A stretch of DNA of 64,000 nt from the human T2T-CHM13v2.0 reference genome, Homo sapiens. The position numbers and the translations under genes were made by a program. The notes beneath the pieces were generated by a model, which saw nothing but the letters and a program-made list of their open reading frames with translations, ran no database searches and was not told the DNA's origin. Shown here in pieces: positions 26,585 to 38,879 of this stretch (its first letter is position 1; the number at the start of each line of letters is the position of its first letter). The stretch lies in assembly GCF_009914755.1 (NCBI RefSeq), contig NC_060925.1; one strand, 5' to 3'.

Positions 26585-27005
26585 CACTCCTTACAGGGCA
26601 GGAATCCAAGAGACATTCCTAGAGGAAGTGAAGACCGAACCAAGACTTAAAAAGGAACTGATATTTTCTAGGAGAGAGGAGTTTCACGTAGAAGGGACAG
26701 CATGTTCAAAGTTGGAAAGCGTAGGAAATGTTGCACTTTTAGAAGTGCGTGTGGCTGGAATGTGGAGTGGGAGGGGAGAGGTGGCAAGAGATGAGACTGG
26801 GAGAGGGCAGGTGAGCCAGGGCCTGAACACTGAGAGTCTTGCAGCCCTTCATCTTGACTCCAGAGTGGAAGGTTTTAAGCAGGGACATGACCTAAGCTCG
26901 TTTGGGCTTTAGATAGATGACTCTATCTAATATGATAATTCAGGTGAGTGGACAAATTCTAGACATTTAGGAGGTGGCCCTGGCAAGTCTTGGTGACTGA
27001 TAAGA
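26585..27005 (-). mobile_element. L2 fragment
   Basis: GGCAAGAGATGAGACTGG...GGTTTTAAGCAGGGACATGAC. Confidence 0.7.
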
Positions 27006-27919
27006 TGGTTGGGGGTGGGGGTGGGGGTGGAGTGAGTGGGAGGAGGGGAGAATGAATATCATCACTGTGGAAATCCTAGTCCCCTGGGCTCTGACCACAG
27101 TCCACAGTGGGTCCCATTGAGTGCCTGGACACCATCCGTGGGGCTCTCAGCTTGGAGCTCCATGTGTCACTTACACTGAACACAGACCCCATGTCTTCTC
27201 TGGCCCTTGAGGCTGGTCCAAGGGCTTCACATGCCAGAGAGCCTTGGCTGAGATTCACAAAGCTTGAGGGGTGAAGTCTGAGACTCAGTGTATACATCCC
27301 TGTCTGCCCCTAGACACATCAGGGTGGGGCGGGGTGGGAGGGGGAAGGTGTCAGGGGCCAACATCTTGGTGATTAGAGGGACATGCAGGCTGAGCTCTCC
27401 TGAGGGCTTGGAGAGTAGGGAATGGATCAGAGTCAGATTTCACAAGCACTAATTGAGCTATTGCTATGTGCCAAGCACTGTGCTAGTTGCTGGGGGAGCC
27501 ATAGCAACACAAGTCTCTGCCCTTGGAGAGCACCCAGTTTCGATAAGTAAAATGTGCTGAAGGGTGTCTGCCTTTTAGCTGCCCCAGCTGTAGGTGAAGG
27601 AGGCCGAAGGAGGCCAGAGGATAGAAGAGAGGGCTCAGGACAGTCAGGGGGGCAGCTGTGGCTCTGGCTCTGCACAGGACTCTGCTTTTAGACTGGGGAT
27701 CTGTGACTGGCTTTGGACTGCTGGGGGGGTTAGCTGCAGGTCGTCATCCCCCTTCTTCATGGCAGCCCTATCAAAGACCTCCTTCCCCTTTGCTCCACTA
27801 GCCAGCCCACGGCATCTGCCCTCTGGAGCTCACCCTGTATGGACTAGGGCTTTATTCCCAAACCTCCAGGCTCCCTGCCACTCCTGATAGCTCTGCCACT
27901 GGATCTTAATCTATTTCTG

Positions 27920-28270
27920 TCATTCATATACTCATTCATTTATTCATTCAACACATTCTGAGTGTCCTTCCTTATGGGCATTTGAGCAGGCACTAGAGTA
28001 GGGTAGTAAACAAAGTTCTCAAGACCTGGTGTTCATGGAACTCACAGTCCAAGAAGGAGCAGACAATAAGTAGCCAATTCTCATAGAGTGTGAGTGGAGC
28101 TGAGAAAGCCCGGAGGAGGGGCTCCCAGCAGAGTGGGAGATCCAGAGCCAGCTTCTCAGGGCGAGGCCGAGGATGGGCAAGCGTTACCTAAGTGACTTGT
28201 GAGGATGAGGGCTTCAGGCAGAGGGAACAGCTTTCCAAAAGGCATAGCGGTGAGAGAGCATGGACTTTCA
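27920..28270 (-). mobile_element. L2 3' end
   Basis: CATTCATTTATTCATTCAACACATT...CATGGAACTCACAGTCC. Confidence 0.7.
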
Positions 28271-28289
28271 AGGCACTGAAGGGAGTGTG

Positions 28290-28995
28290 TGACTGGGGCG
28301 TTATCAACTCTTCCTGGCTCTCCCCTTCTGAGCACATGGGAGGGTGGCCCTCCTGGCTCGTTTGTGGGTGAATGGTTCCACGTGACCAGTTCCAGCCGAT
28401 GCATGTGACAAGTGGCATGTGCCATTTCCACATTTCCAGACCTAAGTAATTTTTTCTTTTTTCTTTTTCTTTTCTTTTTTTTTTTTCGAGACAGAGTCTT
28501 CCTCTGTCGCCCAGGCCGGAGTGCAGTGGTGCAATCTCTGCTCACTGCAACCTCCACCTCCCCGGGTTCAAGTGATCCTGCCTCAGCCTCCCGAGTAGCT
28601 GGGATTACAGGCGTGCACCATCATGCCCCACTAATTTTTTGTATTTTTAGTAGAGAAGGGGTTTTATCATGTTGACCAGGCTGGTCTCCAACTCCTGATC
28701 TCAGGTGATCCACCTGCCTCGGCCTCCCAAAGTGCCGGGATTACAGGCATGAGCCACCAAGCCCAGCCCAGGCTTAAGTGTTAATTGCCAATGCACCACC
28801 TTCCAAGGCAGCCTTTCCTTCCATCACAGTGACTGACAACTTTCAAGATGGCAGTTGCTCCAGTAGCCCAGGACCTGAGTGAGCCCCCATCAACTCTTAA
28901 TGGCCATGTGTGAGTGAGAAACATTGATAGTTTAACTTTGAGAATTCTGAGATATTAGTTACCACGGCATATCCTATCCCATCTGGACTAGCACA
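28290..28995 (+). mobile_element. MLT1 (I/J-like) LTR interrupted by an Alu
   Basis: CACGTGACCAGTTCCAGCCGATG; 3' end GTTACCACGGCATATCCTATCCCATCTGGACTAGCACA. Confidence 0.65.
28451..28768 (-). mobile_element. AluSx/Sz-like
   Basis: Full dimer with CTCAGGTGATCCACC; degenerate TSD CAGACCTAAGTAAT / CAGGCTTAAGTGTT. Confidence 0.93.
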
Positions 28996-28999
28996 GTGA

Positions 29000-29530
29000 T
29001 GATGTGGGGAGTATTTCCTATGAAGAATTAATGTAACGGTTTTGAGCAGAGAGAGCCCAGGTAAGTTCTGTGTTTTAGGAAGATGGCCCTGGCTGCTGGG
29101 TGGAGGATGAATGGGCAGGTGGGGGGTCTGGACATCATTCCAGTACATGCTGCGGTGAGGCAGGCATGAAATGGTGAGGCCTGAACGAGGGCATTGTAGT
29201 GAGGCTGGAAAGATGTGAATGGATTTGAGGAATCGGTGGAAGAAAGGATGGATGGGGCTTTAGATTTTGGAAACTGGATGTGAGAGGAGAGGGCAAGAGA
29301 GGTGTCAGGGAGGAGTCCCTGGGTTCAGGGTGGGGCACCTGGTGGATGGTGGTGCTTTCTCTGAGATAGGGAGCACTGAGGAGGAGCCACTTCAGGGTGA
29401 TGAAGAGTCCTGATTGGGACGTGCTGGGTCTCAGAGCCTTGAGACATCAAGGAGAGGGTGTCTGGCAGGCATTTGGATACATGGGTCTCCACTCAAGGCG
29501 GAAGCGCAGGCCGAACAGAGTCAGGATCGG
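29000..29530 (-). mobile_element. L2 fragment
   Basis: GGTGGATGGTGGTGCTTTCTCTGAGATAGGGAGCACTGAGGAGGAGC. Confidence 0.75.
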
Positions 29531-32500
29531 AAGCACAGAGCAGTGGCCTGGGGCAGTTCCTGGGGCAGAGGAGGAAAGGAAGTGGAGAGGTCCTGACTAC
29601 CAGCAAGGGGAGCCCATCCCCCTTGTGACCCCACCCAGCACTCTGGGGCAGAGACCCTTGCCCAGAGGCACTCCTTGTCCAAGGGTAGGAGCCTCCCTTC
29701 TGTCCTGAGGGCTCTCCCAGTCCCTGGAGGCTCAGGCACCTGTGTGGGTCTCCAGGCTTCCCAGGCCCCACTACCACCTCTTCAGCAAATCAACACTTCC
29801 AAGCGTGGAGACAAGTTCAGCATTTGGGATTCCCTATACCAAGGGGAGAGGCTTGGAGAGTCTAAAGTTTCTAGAGCTCTCTGCTGTTAAGAGTCTGTGC
29901 TTCCAGACGTCTCAGGCAGTTGGATGCACGGATCTGCAGATCCTGTTATTCTAAGACCAAGTGACTAGGGCCCACAGTAACCCCTTCCACCTCAGGATGC
30001 TGGTGGTGGAACAGATAGAGTCCCCGGTTTTGGCCTTGCCCGTGCTGGCTATGCCGTGTGTTAATGTGGCCCAGCGTGTGAGTTCATCTCAGCAGGTTCC
30101 CTGAGCGCGGCAGATGCCGCCTTTGCCGACTCACCACCAAAGGTGCCTTGAGTCCTCTGGGGAGTGTGGGTGCTTAGAGGGCCAGGTCTCATGTGGGGAC
30201 GGTATGAGCTTCAGCCCTTTCCAAGTCTTGGAGTCCGGAAGCCACCAGGAACCAAAAGGATCTTTGCAAATCATTGTTTTGCAGCAGTTTCTTCTCCAGG
30301 GCAGCCAAAATCTGGCTGGGGTAAGAGCCTAGAATTTGACCTGAGGCTGTTTCCCAGGAGGAGGTGGCCGGAGCTTCCAAGGGAGAGGGCAGGGGGGTGG
30401 GCCAGGACTCTGGCCCTGGGCCCCTGCTGTCTTCTGACTCTCCATCTGGTGCTCGGGCCATATTAATGATTTAAGGAACAATTATTGTAAGACCGAATTT
30501 CTTTTTGCAAACGCAAATGAAATGTGTTCCATCCTGCAATGAATTCCAGATGGTGGGAGCTCTCAGTGAGGGAGCTGGCTCCTCCGAGGATGGCCTTCCC
30601 CTACAGAGTGACAGCAGGCCGAGGACGAGCCAGCATCTCCTCAGCACTCCAGGCTTTACAAGTTACCCGACCCCTTTCCAGTTTGTTTAAAACCTTTTTC
30701 TTTTTCTGTGCAGATGTTCCTCTGGGTGAGCAATCTTTATAGTTTTGAAAAGATTATATCAGTTTTCCATGATATTGTGTTACTGTATTTCTTGGGCTCC
30801 CCCTTTTTTTAATAGCACTAGAAAGGCCAATTCCTTAATCAGACATTACTAATGGAATGCAGAGAGGGAGGGTGGAAAGCCAGGCGAACTGGGAGAACTA
30901 AGCCCTGGGCTCAGAGTAATGCAGAAGGAAAACAGACTTCCAACGGACTCCTTCCAGAGGCAGCTGTTATGGTCAGAAAGCTGAGAAAACTGCTTGGGCC
31001 GTGCATTTTTCGATGATTATCAAAGGTGTTAAAATAGAGACAGAGGCACATGTTTGGCTCGAGGGTGGGAGAGGCTGCCACACAGTTTTGCAGGCTTCAG
31101 CTGTCTTGAATCAAAACTATCACTTTGATACTGGAAAATTATTATGAAAATGTTAGTTTTGGGCCTTGGAGCACAAAGCAAAGATTGCTTGGAAGGCTGG
31201 GGGCTCTTCATTTAGCATTTGTGTCAGGTCCAAAAATAACCTCTCTCAACTGTTGGATTTCACCTTTATCCAGGCTTAGAGGCAGCTCCATTCTGCCCCG
31301 CAGCTCTTCGATTAAGGGACCGACAGAGACATGAGTGAGCTGGAGGCCACCTAGTTTTCAAGCTCGGCAAAGTTGGAGGATGGGGAGGTCAGGGAAAGCT
31401 TCCTGGGCAAGAGGGATTAACTCCTGATATTGGGAGAGAAAAACAATTTATACAGGGAAAGAAGGCAAGAAAGGGGAACTGACATTTTTTGAAGGCCTGT
31501 TCCATAGCAGGAATCAGCCTCCTGTTTTAAGGTGGGGGTTCGAGTAGTCACACCACATCCAGGACACCTGGTGAAAGAGTTGAGGTTCCGTTGCACTTAA
31601 CCCACTCCACTGGCCATGAGGGAGAGAAGGGGAGAGAGGAAAGGAAAGCTGGAAGCCCGTGGCCCTGCGGGGTGGGGAATAAATGATCCGAGGTCATCTC
31701 AGTTGCAATATGAGAGGGTGGGGTTGGGGCAGCCGTGACCCTAGGGAAGGCTGGCCGAGGAGGACTTTATTCTATTAGATACTGGGAGATTTAAACAACC
31801 ACTGTTCAAATTTCAAATTGGTTTTTTTATGCTTCAAGTTTTTTTGCTGGGCTCTCTTCCCAGAAAGGAAAGGGAAGAGATCTAGACATTTACTGACCTC
31901 CTACCACATGTGAGGCTCCGGGAACCGGGGACCAGGAAGACATAAACCCTGCCCTCACAAGCTTCACAGTCCACCTGGAGAGGCAAGAGAAGGATGGGGC
32001 TGCAGGAGCCCAGAGGAGAGGCTCCTCCCTGAGATCGGAGGAGACTTCCTGGAGGAGGACTAGGGTACCTGCTCTGAGCTCTGGAGGACAGGGAAGAGAT
32101 GGCTGAGCTAAGCCTTCAAGGATGGCAGGCATTTGCCCAGGAAAGAGGCTGGAGCAGTCTGTGAGACAGAGGGACTATGGGCAGGCCAGTGCGGCCACAG
32201 CTCCAGGGGAACAGTGAGAGTGGTCCTGAGTATCACATGGCAGTGGAAGGAGTTAAATCTGGGCTGAACCAACAGAGAGATCATGAGAGAAAGAAGGGGA
32301 TCACAGCCCTTGCAGACTCCAAGCTGCTTGGACTATATTGAGGTGGGGTTTGTGACTCTGGCTGGGAGAGACACTCTGCAAGGGAGATGGAGAGGGACTG
32401 GGGTTCCGTCCTGGCAATGACGATGGCAGGAGCTGGGCAGCTGTGCCAGGAGTTGCTCAGACACAGGGCAGAGCTACTGCCTTTAAGTATTGGTAGGCAT

Positions 32501-33169
32501 GTTCTGGGGCAGAGAAAACAGGTACGCTGTGGGGATGTAGCTCCCAGGAAGGGCTGGGACAAATTAAGGGCAATCATCAGCACTGTGAGCTTTGCACAGT
32601 GGTCAGTTGTCTACATGGTGTTCTCAGATGTGCCACCGTGCTTCGTTCCCCTTCACTCCCAGACCTTCTTTCCACTGGACAAATTTTGGCACCTTGAGCC
32701 TCGTACCTGTGCTCCTTTGGTGTGACTTTTGCCTCCTTTCTCTGCCCTAACATTTTATCTCCATCCTTGAGGCTGTTCATTCCCACAGGGCCAGGTTCTT
32801 GATAGAGTGCTCATTCTGGGGAATAATCTCATCTAACTTCAGGTCAGAGGACAAGCTACTGGGCCATGTTCCACTGATGTGTTGCATGATGCCTGGTAAG
32901 CCCATTCACCTCCCTGGGCCTGGGCTTCCTGAACTGGGTCAGGGAATTGAAGACCTCTGTATCTGCCTCCCTCCCCAAGGGCTGGAAGGGCCAAATGAGG
33001 TCAAGGATGGCAGTAAGCACATTCTGATTGTTAAGGAGGCAGCCCTGGGACTGGGAAGGACCTGCTTATATACTAGATCCTGGCACTTACTGGCCAGATG
33101 ACTTTGGGCCAATTCCTTCATCTCTGAAGCCTCAGATCCTAGAAGTTCTTGCAGATGGGAGGTGAAGTT

Positions 33170-33710
33170 TTATCCATGATCACAAACTCCCACTGGCATA
33201 ATCTTTTAAAGCTGTAAGTAGAGTTGTACGAAGCCCCTGTTGAACACAGTTGGGGGCTTCCTGCCTGCTCTGTTCTCTGTCTACTTTGCCAGCTTCACCT
33301 CATGCTACTTCCCCCTCTCTTTTTGCTCTCTGCCCATGAGAAGGAGATGAGTCAAGTGCTTCCCTGCCTCAGGGCCTTGGCACATGCTGTTCTTGTGCAT
33401 GACACACTCTGCCCCAAACCCTTCTTCTGGCTTACTCTTACTCAGCATTCAGGTCTCAGCTCAGATATCATTTCTCCAGACAGGCTTCCTTCACCCCTAC
33501 CCCTTTGAATGCTCTGTAGCATGCACACATGCACCTAGCATGTCCTTTTCAAAGCATTAACCCAATTTGTAAATTGTATATTTGTTTGTGTGTAGACTTG
33601 TTTTGCCTGTCTATCATGTCTGTTTTGTTCACCATCATATTCCCAGTACCTCATCCAATACTTGACCCACAATGAATGCCCAATAAGTATTTGTTTAATT
33701 GAATGAAGGA
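33170..33710 (+). mobile_element. L2 3' end
   Basis: CCTCAGGGCCTTGGCACATGCTGTT...CAATAAGTATTTGTTTAATTGAATGAA. Confidence 0.8.
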
Positions 33711-35824
33711 ACTATCCAGTAAACTAGGAGGTCATTATTAATGTGCCCATGTTGCTTATAGGAAAACTGAGGCTCAGACAGAAAAGGTAATTGCCCAATT
33801 TCTCCTCACAAGGGAGTATAGTTTAGACATTAATAAATCCTCAGAGCCTGTATTGGGAATTAGGAGGAAGGGGAAAATAATCAGAGGTGGGAACTGTCCC
33901 AGCAGCAATCTATGGCCTTACCCTACAGCCCCTCAGTGTCTCCAAGTTCAGGCCAGTTGGGGGCTGAACTTGGTGGGCAGCCTGAAGCTATCGTGCGTCC
34001 AGGCCGCCTACAGGTGCAACCCACATGAGCAGGTGAAAATGCAGAGGTGCTGACAGCTCTCAACCCTGCACGCCCTGGGGCATCTGGTTTGGATTTGGTC
34101 AGGGTTTTTACTAGTTGTTTTAGAGACACTTAAGCCTGCACATTACACCTTGAGCCCACCACATGGCTCCTCCAGGGCCTCACTGAGCCACCCAGGGGCA
34201 GGGAAAGGGCATCCCACAGACCTGCCATAGGGAGAATAAGAGGTCCCTGCCAAGACCCCATTGGGAACCAGGCAATGAGCAATCTCCCCTGGCCTCTGAC
34301 AGTGCCATAGACCATGCTACCAAGAGATGTAGGAGAGGCACGCAGAGTCCAGCCTCTGAGCCTCCTGGGCCTTTGCCATTTTATCCCAGCGTCCAGCATC
34401 TTCTCTTTTCCATTGTCCCATTGTGACCTGGACACCCTGACGTATTTACTTTCTGTGAACATGCCCCATGCTCTGGCCTCTCTGCTTTTGCTTATGTGCT
34501 TGTCCTTGTCAGAAGTGCCCTTGCTGATGCGGGACAAAGTACTGCGAACCCTCTTCCATTAGTCTGGCATTCTACAGAGGCCAGAACCAGGACAGGATGA
34601 GGATATTCCAGATTGTATTGATTCCAGAGCCATATAAGCAGTCTTCCCATCAGAGCCACCCAGCAATGAGCTGACTTGTCTCAGCTTTGTCCAGGACCTG
34701 GGAAATCCTCCATTAGCAGGAAACGAGACCAGTCAAGAAGGTCTGCCTCCAGTTTGGCCTTTCCTTATCCTATCAGGGGTCCCTGTGTCCTTGGTCTTTA
34801 TTTCGGAGCCACTTCATGCCTCAGCAGAGCTCCTGCCATTTGCCCCTTTCTCATCCTTCGGGCCAGTTTCCTCTCGCTGGTATGTGTCCTGGTTGCCACC
34901 CCCTCACTGACATTGTACTGGAAATGTCTTTTCTTCTCCAAACTTGCCTCCCGTGCAGGGTGGGCTGGCCTGGTTGAAATAAAGCATGACGTACAGAGAC
35001 CTCCAGCAACCTGTGCTGGCTCTGTGTAGCCCTAAGGTTCTGGGTTTCCAAGGTCCCGTGATTCTAGATTTTACTTATCTAATATCTTGTGATTCTAGAT
35101 TCCAGGACCTGAAAAATTCATGATGCTACAGTTTGTAGGATTCTCTGACTCTAGACTGTCCTGTACTTTCAAGTCTCCAGGGTCCCACATAGGGCCTGAC
35201 ACCTTGTAAATGTTTAATGTTTGCCTGTATGATTCTCTGAGTTGATTACTTGGAAATTCTACGCATTTCCAAATTTCCAGGACTCCCCAGATCTGTAGTT
35301 GGTCATTTCATTTAGCATCAACAGGGACCAATCTTTCCATTTTCCAATTGATTGTTGCAGAGACAGCTTAAAAGAGGTTACAATGAGTCAGTGTTTGGGG
35401 AGTGGGAATTTGGAGTTGGGGGGGTGGCATGTAACATAGATGGCCCAGTTTTTTAGCTCATTTCCTCTATTTAGAGGTGGGTGGTTGGGTGGAGTCTTGG
35501 GGGTCAGCTTTTATTGGGGCAGGCTTGTATACTTGATAGGGTATGGAGGGAGTCAGGATTGATGGCCCAGCATGCATCTCAGGACAGCCTGTGTCTCAGG
35601 CAGGGAGGAGCTCTAACAAGTCACAGGCTGGAGCCAGCACAGGTCTTGGGAGATCCTCTAGGTAGTTGCTGTGCCCCCTTGGGACTCTTGTGAAGGAGAT
35701 GGGAGCTTTCTGGGTCTTTAGCCCCTCACAGGTTGGACTCTCTGGGCATTTGAGGACAAAAGGACTTTCAGTGCTTCCCCTGAAGAAAAAACACGAGTGG
35801 CTTCTAGGCTATCCTTCTACTCCT

Positions 35825-35902
35825 TTTTAAAATAAATTTTCAACTTTTGTGGGTACATAGTAGGTATTTATATATTTATGGGGCATATGAGATATTTTGA
35901 TA
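35825..35902 (-). mobile_element. Very short L1MA-type 3' end insertion
   Basis: TTTTGTGGGTACATAGTAGGTATTTATATATTTATGGGGCATATGAGATATTTTGATA. Confidence 0.75.
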
Positions 35903-36664
35903 TGTCTTTTATTCTTATGCACCAAAGGTGAGCCTACCCCAGACAGATCAAATTTCCTCTTAAGGTGGAAGGTGGGTCTGGTTTGGTTTGAGGCTGAACA
36001 CCTGAGCGTGAAGGCAGTGCATGGGGAGGACCCATCTCTGGGAAAGAATCCCCTGGGGGCAAGAGTGAGGGGGGTCAGCATCCTGAGGACAACAGAGGGA
36101 CCCTGCCCAATACTCATGGCAGAAGCCCTTAGGAGGAAGATTCTAGCCTGAAAGTAAGAGTGATCCAATCTTGGATACATACAGGGAATATGCAAGAGAC
36201 TGCAGAAGCCCCAGGCCCAGGTGCTTTTGAAGGGAAATTGGTGACATGACTTCAATGGTCCCTTTCTGTTGAGGGAGTCTACAAATTCAGGGTGCCAGCG
36301 CAAAAAGGGGCCCTTAAGATAAATCTCTCATTGTGCATATGCAGAAACTGAGGACCCAATGAGGAAATAACTCACTGTGTGAGTAGATTGCAGAGCTGAG
36401 ACAAGATGCCCCAGACTTTGTTTCAGATCAATGTTAGCATTTTTATTATTAGCAGAGTATTGAGTTTACATTTGTAACCCTCTTGGCCTCTGGAATAGAG
36501 TGGTTCTTAGTTAAAAACCTTTAGAGCAAGAAGGACTTGGTTGGGTTCAAGGACCAGCTAGACCACTTGGAACGATGGACTTGGGCAAGTTAATTGTTCC
36601 AAGCTTCAGTTTTTCATGTATAAAATGATAATAATAAGACTGCCATGGAAGCTTTCATGGCCCC

Positions 36665-36881
36665 CAGTCCTCAAACTATTTGTGGTGAAAGACTTTTTTA
36701 TTTTCAGTCTTTTGCTGACCACTGATATTTCCGTAAAATACAATCAATGTTGTCATGGCAATGCCAACTATCTGTAAACATTTCTAATTGCTCTCTCTCA
36801 ACTTCTGTGAACTCATCACAAACCGGTAACCAGTCAGGGGCTGGCTGGCACCAGGCCCTGGAGCACACTTGGAGTGGGCTG
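36665..36881. mobile_element. hAT-Charlie fossil (Charlie18a/Charlie4-like)
   Basis: CAGTCCTCAAACTATTTGTGGTGAAAGAC...GTAAAATACAAT...CACACTTGGAGTGGGCTG termini. Confidence 0.6.
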
Positions 36882-38599
36882 ATCTAGGCTGTGTGTACTC
36901 AAGCACTTCTCGAGTAAGTTCAGGGCGGAGGAGTGAATCAGCATGAATCACAATATTGTCATGTATTAAGCACCTGCTCAGCGCCTGGTGGGCCACATAC
37001 ATTATTTCATGTAAAATCCCTTCCGCCTGCCTGGGTGGCATGATGACTGCATTCTGCAGGCTTCTCTCTGTTTCCGTGTTCCTTCCCCTGAGAGAAATGC
37101 CCTGGATGATGATCACATTTTATTCTCTGCTCTGCTCTAGAGTTGGCCCTGCAAGGGTTATTCAGGTTGAGAAAGTGAACATTTCCTGTTGCCTCCATGG
37201 CCCTGGTAAGCAGCTCTGGTCCCCATCTGGGGCAGAGAAAACCAGCCAGCACCTCCCCCAGCTCCTTTGTGGGGGTTCCAGACTTCAAAGGGACTCACAG
37301 GGACTTGACCCTTGGGTGATTGGGCACAGGACTCAAATCCATGCCTTGCTCTGCCACTCTGAGTGCACATGGGAAGGGAGATTTATGGTGGCAATCTGGG
37401 GGAAGGGATAGTTTATCTTCTAAATGAAAACTTGGGAAGCCTCTGCTTGGGACCCAGACCTCACAAGGATCTCATTAAAGGCCTATTAGTCAAACTAATT
37501 CCTGACATGACATCGGTTTGCATTAGACAAACATCTCTGACTTTTCAAACACCCTCTTGGGAGCCAAGACTAGATTGTGTGACATCTATTGATACATTAT
37601 TGGGGAAATGGCTGACACAACATCGGGCTATCTGACGCCAGGGAGCTCGAGTGCTGGGAAATTAGGAGGGCTGGTTTTATATGGTTGGCAGGTGTTCATC
37701 TCATAAAACCTGTGGGACCCCATAGCTCTGCAAGGTGATTGCTCTCGTTGGTTTATCGATTAAGTAAATGATTAGATCTAATAGGGCCCTCGGTAGTGTC
37801 TGTGCTGGGCCATGAGGCTGCTCATCTCTGTGTCTCTATGAGCACACCAGGGCCCAGCACTCAGCAGGTGTTCAGGAGTGAGGCAGAAGGAAGGATCAGT
37901 GACAGCAGCCTGGCCTGCAAGCGAATAAACAGTCCCTGCCCTCAAGGAAAGCAGAGGCCAGAGGGTGGGTGCACACATAAACAGTGATGCAGTGAACAAG
38001 TGCCATGGCTGGGTGAGCAAGGAGCGGTGAGAGCTTGGGAGGGAGGAAGACTGTGCTTTCAAAGGCAGGGCTGTGCTCCACACAGTGCTGAGTGTAAAAT
38101 ATGTCTGCCTCAGGCATCAGGGATTTGGACATTGCTCCAGGCGTGGCTATGAGCTGCACTGAGCCTTTTATGTTCATTCTTTAATAACAGGCATCTGTTC
38201 ATGAGGCCATAGGTGAGAGTCAGGGCTCAGTTGTGACAAGGATCTGGACTCAGTCTATAAAAGAATTAAACTTCAGACTGAAACTGGGCCCAGTCTGAGT
38301 TGGGCCTAGGGCTTAGTTCAGGGCTCAGTTTGCTGTCCAAAATCAGGGCTGAGTCTAGAAGAGAATCGGACTCGGACTATGATCAGGGTCAGGGCTCAGT
38401 CAACAGCCAGGGTCAGGGCAACATCTGTTTTCCCTTCTGAAAGCTCTCAGAGGCAGGGGACCAGTTCTTAACCATCTTTCTTCTCATAATCTTGTTGCAC
38501 AGTGAGTGTTCAGTTAGTGTTTATCAAATCGAACTCTGCCGACTTAAATCAAGAATGATCACAGACTTCGCACAATTCTGCTGTGGCAAAGGAAACAGA

Positions 38600-38750
38600 C
38601 AAAGGGCATTTTCTGAGTGACCCCACACAGAGAGCTGCCCCACAGCCTTTATAGGTAGTGAGCTTCTCATTACTAGAGGTGTGCAAGCACTGTCCTCACA
38701 GTCCCACATCAAGCTGAGGGAAGAGGGGATTCCTACTCTGGCAGGGGATG
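38600..38750 (+). mobile_element. L3/CR1 fragment
   Basis: AGGTAGTGAGCTTCTCATTACTAGAGGTGTGCAAGCA. Confidence 0.6.
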
Positions 38751-38879
38751 AGCCACAGTTCAGAGGTTTGGATTATGGGCATTTAGCTCCTGGACACTGA
38801 CCAGCATGATAAAGAATCTGCGCAGATAGCAGCTTCCCAAGGCACAGCCAGGGACCAGTCCCAAGCTTCTGATTGCTCC

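Noticed and set aside
35897-36151. 84-aa ORF with protein-like composition
   Set aside because: It starts at a non-ATG codon at the edge of an L1 fragment, and I cannot match it to any known protein or exon structure.
38218-38420. Repeat-plus-variable-spacer pattern as a CRISPR-like array
   Set aside because: The units are short and degenerate, the spacers are related to each other, there are no cas genes, and the DNA is human. Treated as a minisatellite.
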